A DNA stretch of 64,000 bases from Mobula hypostoma. Lineage: Eukaryota. Location of the stretch: positions 143,842,001 through 143,906,000 of the forward strand of contig NC_086097.1 of assembly GCF_963921235.1 (NCBI RefSeq). The letters are read 5' to 3'. The stretch's first letter is position 1. The number at the start of each line of letters is the position of its first letter. The position numbers and the translations under genes were made by a program. Below are positions 28,383 to 40,300 of the stretch, piece by piece. The notes beneath the pieces were generated by a model. It worked only from the letters and a program-made list of their open reading frames with translations. It ran no database searches and had not been told where the DNA came from.

Positions 28383-31300
28383 GCGTGAACACTGCACATA
28401 CACTTAACCCATTTCATTTGTACACAGTTTACTTACGCCTGTCATTTACATGATTAATTTGCTCATATCCCTTACCCTTACTTCTAATGTAGAGTCATTG
28501 AGCAATACAGCACAAATACAGGCGCTGTGGTCAATCCAGTCCATGCCTAATGCAGGCCCTCCCAGTTGATCCAAGTTTTCTGCATTCAGACCATAGCCCT
28601 CTGAGTCTCACACCTCCATTTCCCTATCCAGGTGGTTTTTAATTCATGCTACTGTACCTGTCTCAACCACTTCCTGTGGCTCATTCCATTTACTCACCAT
28701 TCTCTACGTGAAAACATTGCTCCTCGGGTCCCTGCTAAATCTTTCCCCTCTCACACTGAATCTATGCCCCTAGCTTTGGACTTCCTGACTCTGGGGAAAA
28801 GATTGTTACTATCCACCTTATCTATGTGTATCATTATTTCAAACATTTTTATAAGGTCACACCTCATTCTCCGTCATTCCAGGGAATAAAGACAAAGCCT
28901 GGCCAACATTTCTCTTTAACTCAGACCCTCTAGCCTAGTAGTGTCCTTGTAAATATTTTCTGCACCCTTTCCAGTGTAATCACATATTCCTATATGTGGT
29001 TATAGAGCACTCTAAGTGCAGTCTCCTCAACGATTTATACAACTGCAACATTATGTCCTAGCTCCTTTACTCACTGCCTTGACTAATGAAGGCCATGATG
29101 CTAAATGTCTTTTCCACAACCATGACTGCATGTGACACCTTATTTGCACGCAAGCCCCTCTGTTCCATTAAACTCCCTATAGCCTTAACCTTCATAATAT
29201 AAATCATAGACTGGTTGACTTTTTCAAATCACCTTACACTTGTCAGTATTGAAATCTATTTACCACTCCTTGACCCACATCACTAACTGATCAGGATCTC
29301 GAAATCTATGATGTTTCTGTATTATCAACAACTCCTCTTAATTTTGTATCATCCTAAACCCATTGCATGCATCCTTCTTTTTCTTGACCAGAATATTCCA
29401 ACCTGATGTCATGATGTCTATCCACGGCCTCCTCTACTGTAAAGATGAAGCCACACTCAGGTTGGAGGAACAACACCTTATATTCCGTCTGGGTAGCCTC
29501 CAACCTGATGGCATGAACATTGACTTCTCAAACTTCTGCTAATGCCCCACCTCCCCCTTGTACCCCATCCGTTATTTATTTTTATACACACATTCTTTTT
29601 CTCTCTCCTTTTTCTTCCTCTGTCCCCCTCACTATTCCCCTTGCCCATCCTCTGGTTTTCCCCCCTCCCCCTTTTCTTTCTCCCTAGGCCTCCTGTCCCA
29701 TGATCCTCTCCCTCCCACTTTCAAATCTCTTACTAGCTCTTCTTTCAGTTAGTCCTGACGAAGGGTCTTGGCCTGAAACATCGACTGTGTCTCTTCTTAG
29801 AGATGCTGCCTGGCCTGCTGCGTACACCAGCAACTTTTATGTGTATCTCTCTTTAGCCAGGGTTTCCTAAACATGCCAGGTTTCCCCTTCACCCTAAAAG
29901 GAACATGCTGCTCTTGGACACTTACCATTGCATTGCTAAAAGCCTCCCATTTACCGGTCATTCCACTCCATTCACTTACACGTCTCACATACACACAACT
30001 CATCCACATGCATATGGTTTTCATGCAAAAAGCCCACTCCCATTTCATTTACATGCGTACTTAGCCCAAATACAGACCTCAAACACATACATATCATTGG
30101 TGCTTCTCACTCACACATGCTAGTTAGCTCATCTGTATTCCAGTTGGGTCTCTTCGTTTAATCTGAAAGACTCATCCTAGATTCCTTTTTTTTTGTAAGA
30201 AATGGTGTTTGATTACTTCTACAATAATTCATCCTTTCAGCCAAATTACTTTGCATTCTTTATTCTGAAGAAATCTTGAGCTGAGTTTAGTTCTGGATCA
30301 GGCTTATCTTTTCTTTATCGCGTTTGCTCTCAGCCCTTTGGAGCCAAGACAGAATAAGATAAATGATGGCATTGGTGTTATTCCTTGTCCTTCCTGAATG
30401 GTTGTCATATTTCTGAGCTATTATAATTAACTAACCAGCTCCTGTACGAGTGGAAATCAGGACAGTTGTTCATCCCCGTCATTGCTGCTGTGTGTGATCC
30501 GTTCTGGGAGGCTAAACCATTTGGGGCCTTACGTGGGAGTGCCCTGTGGGGAGCTAATGAACAAAATATCTAAATTAAAATGAGCCTACAAAGCTTCCGG
30601 TTATGGTTCCTGGCCACATAAATTTTTGTATTTAATGGTCTGAATTATTTTATGTCGTATTCTGAAGGAGGGTCATGAAGAACTTATTGGGAAAGAATGA
30701 ACTGAACCCATTGGCTGAATGATCATCCATTTTTGTTTGTGAATGGAAGCTCAGCACCCTGTTATATTATTTCCATTTTTCCAGACTCCAGATTGTTTGC
30801 AGCTCACAGTTCCTGAATTTTCTTTTTGCTCTCTGTCTCTCACTTTGCTTTCATGTACCTCTTTTCAGTCAAGTTGCTGATGATTAACATGCCTTTACCA
30901 ATAGTGTTTCTCTCTTTACAGATGCAATTGATCCTTTAATTATGATTCGTCAATAGCTTCAATTTATCATATTTTATCAATGCAAGGATGACTGATTAAC
31001 TGAGTCTACCTCAGACTTTTTAAATAATTCCTATTGATTTTATACATTGTGGGTAAATGAGAAAGAGATTGTTTATTCAAATGTTTTAATTTGGGAATAA
31101 CTAGACAAAGGGAATGACTATAATCGGACTGGGTCTATTATAATGAAGTAAATGAATTTGGTGTGTCTCACTTTGACAGAGTGGGCCTATGAGTCCCAAT
31201 ATTTGCAGTTCTTTTGTACTTTAATTGCCTAGTGCGTTCTCTTGTTTCAATCAGGAACCTTACTATGTGCGATGCATCAAGCCCAATGATCAAAAATCAC

Positions 31301-34300
31301 CAATCCTGTTTGATTATGAACGCTGCAGACACCAAGTAGAATATCTGGGCCTGTTGGAAAATGTGCGTGTGCGAAGAGCTGGATTTGCCTATCGGCAGCC
31401 ATACAATCGCTTCCTGCTGAGGTAATTCTAATTGCGGCATATCAATGCATAGAGAAACAACATGTAAACAAGGTGGCATCTGTTTTTCTCTCTGTTGCAA
31501 TTCTAATTCATTCTTTCAATAGAATAGTAAGCCAGTCTACAGACTGTGGCCCTGGTTGAAGGAATATGGGTGAAAAACACATATTACTGAATGGTAAATG
31601 TCATATTCTGCTGGTGTATTTGGGAGAAATTGATCCTGTAAATGCATTGTAAATTAAGAATGGAAGCACCTAATTTTCCAAGTTCTCCAATTTGATATAC
31701 ACTCATTCATGATAATTTCCAGATTCTGTTATACAGCAAATAGAGCAGCTTCTCTGTTTAGTCAAAGCTCTTTCCAATTCTAACAACTGAACAATCTGAG
31801 GCTACTTGAAGTTTCTGTTTGTCTGATAATGAGGGCACAGATATGCACAGAGCATGGATGGAAGATGGAAGTTTCAAGACCAAGGACCTTTTACAAGAAA
31901 CATTTTACTGTGTTGGGGCATCAGGATTAAGGGGAGATACTTTAAAATTAGAGTCAGCAATTGAGATGAGAAAAGATGAAGTATTGTTTCATAATAGAAA
32001 TAGAAATCTGGACCACATTTACCCAGAGGTCTCTTAAGTTCAGTGAAATGAAATTTTTAAGTCTAAGGTTAACGTTTAGTTAATTAGATCTAAGCATCCA
32101 AAATAAAGGAGTTGAGCAGCAGTACAAGGATAACCTCATTGAAGAGCAGGGAAGAATCGAGGAGCTGACTAGCCGGATCTTGATCCTAATCTCACAATGT
32201 TCCCAAGAGGGGATGTTCTCATTGTGCTGGACTGATAGAACTTCTTAGATTTACTGATTTTGCATATCCATTGAGGAACAACACCCTACTTGAGTTCCCT
32301 ATCTTTGATCTGAAATATAAGGCCCTTAGATTTACTCACATTGAACTCCATTTACTAAAAGTTTGCCCATTTGCTCAGTGTATCTAATTTTCTTAGCAAT
32401 ATTCTTGGGAACTTGCCTGAGTCATCAAATGCCAAACTTTCCTTGTTAGGTGCACCGAGGAGGGTTTCGTAAATCAAAACGTAGATTGTCCAACAAGAGG
32501 AGGGACTGTACTGGGCCTGGTGTTGGGTAATGAGCCTAGCCAGGTGACCAACCTGTCAGTGGGTGAACAATTAGGAAACACACTACAATTACTTAAGTGA
32601 GTCATAGAAAAATACAGGACAGAAACAGGCCCTTTGGCCTATCTAGATCATGCTGAGCCCATTTATCTCTCTAGTCAATTCGGCCTGTACCTGAACCATA
32701 GCCTTCCATCCCCCTTCCATCCATGTACCTATGCAAACCTCTCTTAAGCATTGAAATCAGAATTGTATCCTTCGCTTGCTCTGGTAGCTTGTTCCACACT
32801 TTCACTACCCTCTGAGTGCAGAAGTTTCCTCTCGTGTTCCCCTTTAACATTCCACCGTTCACCCTCAACCCATGAACTCTAGTTGTAGTTTCACCCAACC
32901 TCAGTGGAAACAACCTGCTTGCATTTACCAGATCTATGCCTCTCATAATTTTGTATATCTCTATCAACTCTCCCCTCAATCTTCTACATATTAGGGAACA
33001 GAGTTCTAATCTATTTAGTCTTTCCTTATAACACAGTTCCTCCAGTCTCAGAAACATCCTTGTAAATTTTCTCTGTACTAATTCAATCTTATTTACACCT
33101 TTCTTGTAGGTGGGTGACCAAAACTGCACACAATACTCCTAATGAGGCCTCACCAATATTTTATACAACTTCAACATAACATCCCATCTCCTGTACTCAA
33201 TACTTTGATTTATGAAGGTCAATGTGCCAAAAGTTTTCTTTATTACCCTATCTACCTATGATGCCACGTTCAGGGAATTATGGACCTACATTCCCAGATC
33301 CCTTTGTTCTACCACACTCCTCAGTGCTCTACTGCTCACTGTGTAAAACCCAATTTATATTTCTGCGTCAAATGTGTGCTGTAGGTACAGCGTACCCTAC
33401 GCTGTAGGGTGACATGCACCTCCCCAAAAATGTAACTCGCGCGTCGTAGCGACGCAGACCACAACAACTGTGATTGGTCCGCTTGGTAGCATCGCATTTC
33501 CTCATACACATTTCCAGTTGCTTTTCTCCGCCATGTCTGTACACTGATGCGAAATAAATGGTTGGAGACGATGAACCAAATCGTCAAATCTACCTGCTGA
33601 CACCCGAAAATATTTGAAATGCATTTCCTTGTCCATGTCTCTAACGAAGAAACTCAACACAGTGGCATAGAAACCCCACTGCCAACTAGCGTTTTGGCGG
33701 TGAATTGCAGAGCGACGCAGACACAACAATGCATGCTCGCTACGGCGTAGGGCTACGCAAAAGTATAAATCAAGCCTACAGCGTAGCCCATATGCACAAG
33801 TATAAATCAGGCTTAAGACTTATTCTGGTTTGCACTCCCAAAGTGCAACACCTCGCACTTGTCTCTATCAAGTTTCATCAGCCATTTTTCAGCCCATTTT
33901 TCCAGCTGGTCGAGATCCTGCTGCAAGCTGTGATAGTCTGCCTCGCTGTCCACTGCATCCCAATCTTGGTGTCATCCACAAATTTGCTGATGCAGTTAAC
34001 CACATTATCATCCAGATCATTGATATAGGTGACAAACAAGTACAGCCCCAGCACCAGTCCCCAGGGCACACCACTAGTCACAGGACTCCAGCCAGACAAC
34101 CATCTACAAACACTCTCTGGTTTCACCTGCAAAGCCAATGTCTAATCCAATTTACTACCTCATCTTGAATCCCAAGCGTTAGAGCCTTCTTGACCAACCT
34201 CCGAAGCGGAACCTTGTCAAATGCCTTGCTGAAGTCTATGAAGACAACATCTACTGCCTTGTCTGCTAACTTTCCTGGTAACTTGCTCAATAAAGTATAA

Positions 34301-37300
34301 AATTGGTTAGACACAACACCATGCTAACCATTGCTAATCAGTCCCTATCTATCCAAATACTCATATATCCTGTCCTTAGAATCCTACCAATAATTTTTCC
34401 ACTACAGATGTCAGGCTCACTGGCCTATAATTTCCTGATTTATTCTTAGAGCCTTTCTTGAACGACAGATCAACATTAGCAATGCTCAAATCCACTGTTA
34501 CCTCACCTGTTGCTAAAGATAATTTAAATATCTCTGCTAGGACATCAGCAATTTCTGCACTTACCTCCCACAGGGCCCAAGGAAACACCTTGTCAGACCC
34601 TGGGCATTTGTCCACTCTGACTTGCCTCAAGAACAAACCCCCCTCCTCTGAAAGCTGTATAGGATCCATGGCCTCGCTGCTGCTTTGCCTCACTCCTGTA
34701 GATTCTGCCCCCAGTAAAGACAGATATCAATCTTTTTAAGATCTCACCATCTCTTTTGGCTCCAAGCATAGATTACCAATCTGATTTTTCCGAGGACCAA
34801 TTTTGTCCCATGAAATCCTTTTACTCTGAATGCATCTGTAGAATCACTAAGGATTCTCCTTCACCTTGTCTGCTAGGGCAAACCCATGCCTTCTTTTAGC
34901 CCTCCTGATTTCTTTCTTAAGTGCTTTCTTGCATGTCCTATTCTCCATAAGTACTTCATAAGTTCCAACCTGCCTATACCTGTTTTTTTTTCTTAACCGG
35001 GGCTTCAATATCTCAAAAGCCATTGTTACCTAAACTTGTTATCTTTACCTTTTATTCTTTGTACCTTTTACCTTTTATACAGGCAGATAGAGACACAGTA
35101 CTCTCAAAATTTCACTTTTGAAGGTCTCCTACTTACCAAACACATCTTTGCCAGAAAACAGCCTGTGCCATTTCACACTTGCCAGATACTTCCCCATACC
35201 ATCAAAATTGGACCTTCTCCAATTTAGAAACTCAACCTGAGGACCAGACCTATCATTTTCTATAACTACCTTGAAGCTAATGGCATTATGATCACTGGAT
35301 GCAAAGTGTTCCCTATACAAACTTATGTGATTTGCCCTGTCTCATTTCCTGAGGACAGATCAAGTATTGCACACTGTCTTGTTGGGACTTCTATGTGTAT
35401 TAAGGGAACTTGCCTGAACACATTTAACAAACTCTATCTCATCTAGTCCTTTTACAGTCCCAGTCAATAAGTGGAAAATTAATATCACCTACTATCACAA
35501 CCTTATGTTTCATGCAACAGCCTGTGATCTCTCTACAAATTTGTTCCTCTAAATCCCATGGACTGTTGGGTAGTCTATAATATAGCCCCATTAATGTGGT
35601 CACACCTTTCTTATTCCTCAGTTCCACCCATAAGTCCTCACTGATCAAATTTTCCAGCTTATTGTAAGCACTGCCGTGACATTTTCCCTGACTAGTAATA
35701 CCACCCCTCTCCCTTTAATCCCCACCACTCCCTGTCTCTTATCAAACAATGGAACCCCAGAATATTGAGCTGCCAGTCCTGCCCCTCCTGCAACCAGGCT
35801 CTCTATTGCCAGTCCTCCATCTCTGGGGGTGTTCAGGGCTTCCGCCATCGTGTCGGAACTTAGTTTTCACTACTGTCAGTCATGCAAGTACTGGCTGAAG
35901 ACTCACCAGTACCATCACACTCAGTTGTAGAAGGATTCTTCATTGCTATTCACAGAACAGTTCTGTTTTACCAGTCAGGGTTGTTGGCCCTGAGCTGAAC
36001 CCCTAAACGTGGAGGTCCCGGGGATCACTCTTAGTCTGGCCTCTACCTTTTCACCTGTTTGGCATGGGTAACCCTGCCAAGAGCCCAAGCATAAAGCCCT
36101 GAGTCCAGGAAACATAGCTCTCTGGGTCATTGAGGCAAACAAGTCTCCAACCCCTTGACAACATTGTGGTCCTCTTAGAGGTCACTCTAATGGCTACGGT
36201 AGCATAATTCCATGTGTTGATCCATGCCCTGAGCTCATCTACCTTCCCTACAATACTTCTTGCAATGAAATACACACAGCTCAGAACATTAGTCCCAACA
36301 TGCCCAGTCTTAGACTCCTAACTTTGTCTTAACAACATCTTTCTGTACAACCACCCCATTGTCTGTTCTGGCACTCTGGTTCCCACCCCCCCTTAAACTC
36401 TCTTCCCTCCCCCCCTCACCCCCCCCCACCCCCGCCACAGTGCAGTATTAGCAAACCTTCCCACTAGGATATCAGTCCCTCTCCACTTCTGGTGCAAACT
36501 CTCTCTTCTCTACAGGTTCTACCTTCCCGGGAAGAGAGCCCAATGATCCAAAAATCTGAAGCCATCCCTCCTACGCCAACTCCTAAGCCATGTGTTAAAC
36601 TGCCTGATCTCCCTGTTTCTGACCTCACCAGCATGTAGCATGGGTAGTAACCCTGACACCACAACCCTGGACATCCTCTCCTGTCCTTAGCACCTAACTC
36701 CCTGAACTCACTTTGCAGAATCTCGTCCTTCTTCCTACCCTTTCATTGGCACCTATATGGGCCACGATCTCTGGCTGCTCACCCTCTCACTTAAAAACAC
36801 TGAGGACCTGATCGGAGATGTTCCTCCCCCTGGCACCCGGGAGGCAACATACCATCCAGGAATCTCGATCCCATCCAATCAAACCTCCTTTCTGTTCCCC
36901 GAACTAACGAATCCCCAAATCGACAGTGTGCCCCCTCTCCCCCCTCCCTTCCCTCTGAGCCACAGTGCCAGGCACCTGACCACTGTGACTTTCCTCTGCT
37001 AGGTCATTCCCCCCCCCCCCACCCCCAGTGGTATCCAAGGTGGTACACCAGTTACTGAGCAGGACAGCCCCAGGAGTACTCTGCACTGGCCGTTTAATCC
37101 CGTTCACCCTCCTGACTGTCACCCAGGTTTGTGGATGGTATTTATCCGGAGTTTTTTCAGGATCCTGGATGGAGCAGCAGAGGCCAAGGGGAGATCTGAT
37201 AGAGGTTTATAAGATTATGAGAGGCATAGGTAGAATAAACAGACAATATCTTTTTCCAAGGTTTGAAGTGTCTAATGCCAGACAGTATGGATTTACGGTG

Positions 37301-40300
37301 AGAGGGGGTAATCTCAAAAGAGATTTTAGGTGCAAGTTCTCTGAATGGAGAGTGGTGGGTCCTGGAGTGTGCTTTCTGGGGTGGTGGTAGAGGTAGAAAC
37401 ATCCGAGACTTTTCAGATGTTTAGTTGGGTTCACCAACGCGAGGAAAGTGGAAGGCTGTGCAGACTGTGCAGCAGAAGAGATTAGCTTGGCCATTTGATT
37501 AGTAATTTAATTGGTTCAGCACAACATTGTGAGTGGAAGGGCCTGTTTCTGTGCTATGCTCTTTGGGATCTTTGGAGGAAATCTTCCATTCCGTCCTATT
37601 TCCCTAAAGTGGTTCCATCATCTTTTAAAGGATTATTTTTAAAATATGTATCCAGCCCCCTATAAGATGCTGGATTCTGATTCTTCTGCCGTCACTGGTT
37701 GAACATTTCACGTCCTGCCAATTGATTATCTCTGAAGACTTTTCTTAGTCTGTTTGTTTTAAATTAATCACTACCAGTAAGGTCTGCTCTTCTTTCCAAT
37801 ACAAGATTTTGGAGGCTTTCTTGTAGAATGGAATAAAGAGAAGTAGGAATTAGCAAAACTAATCAATCATAGAAACATAGAAACCTTGCAGCACAATACA
37901 GGCCCTTCAGCCCACAATGCTGTGCCAAACATGTACTTACTCTAGAAATTACCTTGGGTTACCCATAGCCCTCTATTTTTCTAAGCTCCATGTACCTGTC
38001 CAAAAGACTCTATTGTGTCTGCCTCCACCACCACAGCCAGCAGCCCTCACCACTCTCTGCGTAAAAAACTTACCCCTGACATCTCCTCTCTACATACATC
38101 CAAGCACCTTAAAACTGTGCCCTCTCATGTCAGCTATTTCAGCCATGGGAAAATGCCTCTGACTATCCACATGATCAATGACTCTCATCATCTTATACAC
38201 CTCTGTCAGGTCACCTCTCATCCTCCGCTGCTCCAAGGAGAAAAGGCCGAGTTCACTCAACCTATTCTCATAAGGCATACTCCCCAATCCAAGCAAGGTC
38301 CTTGTAAATCTCCTCTACACCCTTTTCATAGTTTCCACATCCTTCTTGTAGTGAGGTGACCAGAACTGAACACAGTACCTGTACTCCAAGTGGGGTCTGA
38401 CCAGGGTCCTATATAGCTGTAACATTATCTCTCGGCTCTTGAACTCAATCCTACGGCTGATGAAAGCCAATATACCATATGCCTTCTTAACCAGAGTCAA
38501 CCTGTGCAGCAGCTTTGAGTGTCCTATGGACTCGGACCCGAAGGTCCCTCTGATCCTCCACACTGCCAAGAGTCTTACCATTAATACTATATTCTGCCAT
38601 CATATTTGACCTACCAAAATGAACCACCTCACACTTATCTGGGTTGAACTCCATCTGACACTTCTCAGCCCAGTTTCTCATCCTATCAATGTCCCGCTGT
38701 AACCTCTGACAGCCCTCCACACTATCCACAACACCTCCAACCTTTGTGTCATCAGCAAATTTACTAACCCATCCCTCCACCTCCTCATCCAGGTCATTTA
38801 TAAAAAATCACGAAGAGAAGGGGTCCCAGAACAGATCCTTGAGGCACACCACTGGTCACTGTCCACCATGCAGAATATGACCCATCTCCAACCACTCTTT
38901 GCCTTCTGTGGGCAAGACAATTCTGGATCCACAAAGCAAAGTCCTCTTGGATCCCATGCCTCCTTACTTTCTCAAAAAGCTTGCATGGGGTACCTTATCA
39001 AATGCCTTGCTGAAATCCATATACACTACATCTACTGCTCTACCTTCATCAATGTATTCAGTCACATCCTTAAAAAATTCAATCAGGCCCATAAGGCACG
39101 ACCTACTTTTGACAAAGCCATGCTGACTATTTTTAATCATATTATGTCTCTCCAAATGTTCATAAATCTTGCCTCTCTGGAGCTTCTCAATCAACTTACC
39201 AACCACTGAAGTAAGACTCACTGATCTATAATTTCCTGGGCTATCTCTACTTGAATAAGGGAACAACATCTGCAACCCTCCAATCCTCTGGAACCTCTCC
39301 CGTCCCCATTGATGATTCAAAGATCATTTCCAGAGGCTCAGCAATCTTCTCCCTCACCTCCCACAGTAGCCTGGGGTATATCTCGTCCAGTCCCAGCGAC
39401 TTATCCAACTTGATGCTTTCCAAAAGCTCCAGCACATCCCCTTTATTAATGTCTATATGCTCAAGCTTTTCAGACCACTGTAAGTCATCCCTACAATCGC
39501 CAAGGTCCTTTTCCGTAGTGAATACTGAAACAAAGTATTCATTAAGTACCTCCGCTACCTCCTCGGGTTCCATACACATTTTTTCACTGTCGCACTTGAT
39601 TGGCCCTATCCTCTGACATCTTACCCTTTTGCTCTTTACATACTTGTAGAATACCTTGGGGTTTTCCTTAATCCTGCTCGCCAAGGCCTTCTCATAGCCC
39701 CCTTCTGGCTCTAATTTCATTCTTAAGCTCCTTCCTGCTAGCTTTATAATTTTCTAGACCTAAACATAAAAACATAGAAAACCTACAGCACAATACAGGC
39801 CCTACGGCCCGCCAAGCTATGCAGAACATGTCCTTACCTTAGAAACTACCTAGGCTTACCCATAGCCCTCTATTTTTCTAAGCTCCAGGAGCCTCTTAAA
39901 AGACCCTATCATTTCTGCCTCCACTGCCACTGCCGGCAGCCCACTCCATGCACTCTCCACTCTCTGTGTAAAAAACTTACCTCTGACATCTCCTTTGTAC
40001 CTACTTCCAAGCACCTTAAAACTAGGCCCTATTGAGCTAGCCATTTCAGCCCTGGAAAAAGCCTCTGACTATCCACATGATCAATGCCTCTCATTATCTT
40101 ATACACCTCCATCAGGTCACCCCTCATCCTCTGTCACTCCGAGGAGAAAAGGCTGAGTTCACTCAACCTATTCTCATAAGGCATGTTCTCCCATCCAGGC
40201 AACATCCTTGTAAAGACAAGGCTTGTCAGAAGGGCAGTGTTATGATAATTGTGGGGGATTTTAACATGTGAGTGGATTGGGAAAATCGGATTGGCACTGG

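Larger units (their letters stand above)
28490..29955 (-). mobile_element. Old CR1 fragment, interrupted by a PLE at ~29412-29846
   Basis: gagtcattgagcaatacagcac tail; ccttgtaaatattttctgcacccttt (reverse of RVQRKFT). Confidence 0.7.
32598..37125 (-). mobile_element. Long disrupted CR1 LINE (ORF1 part, APE, RT, tail)
   Basis: Minus ORFs QFWSP..., [60 protein letters not shown]; inserts at 33347-33813 and 35806-36184. Confidence 0.88.

Noticed and set aside
27960..28417. His/Thr- and Val/Cys-rich ORFs
   Set aside because: Translations of the (CA)n microsatellite.
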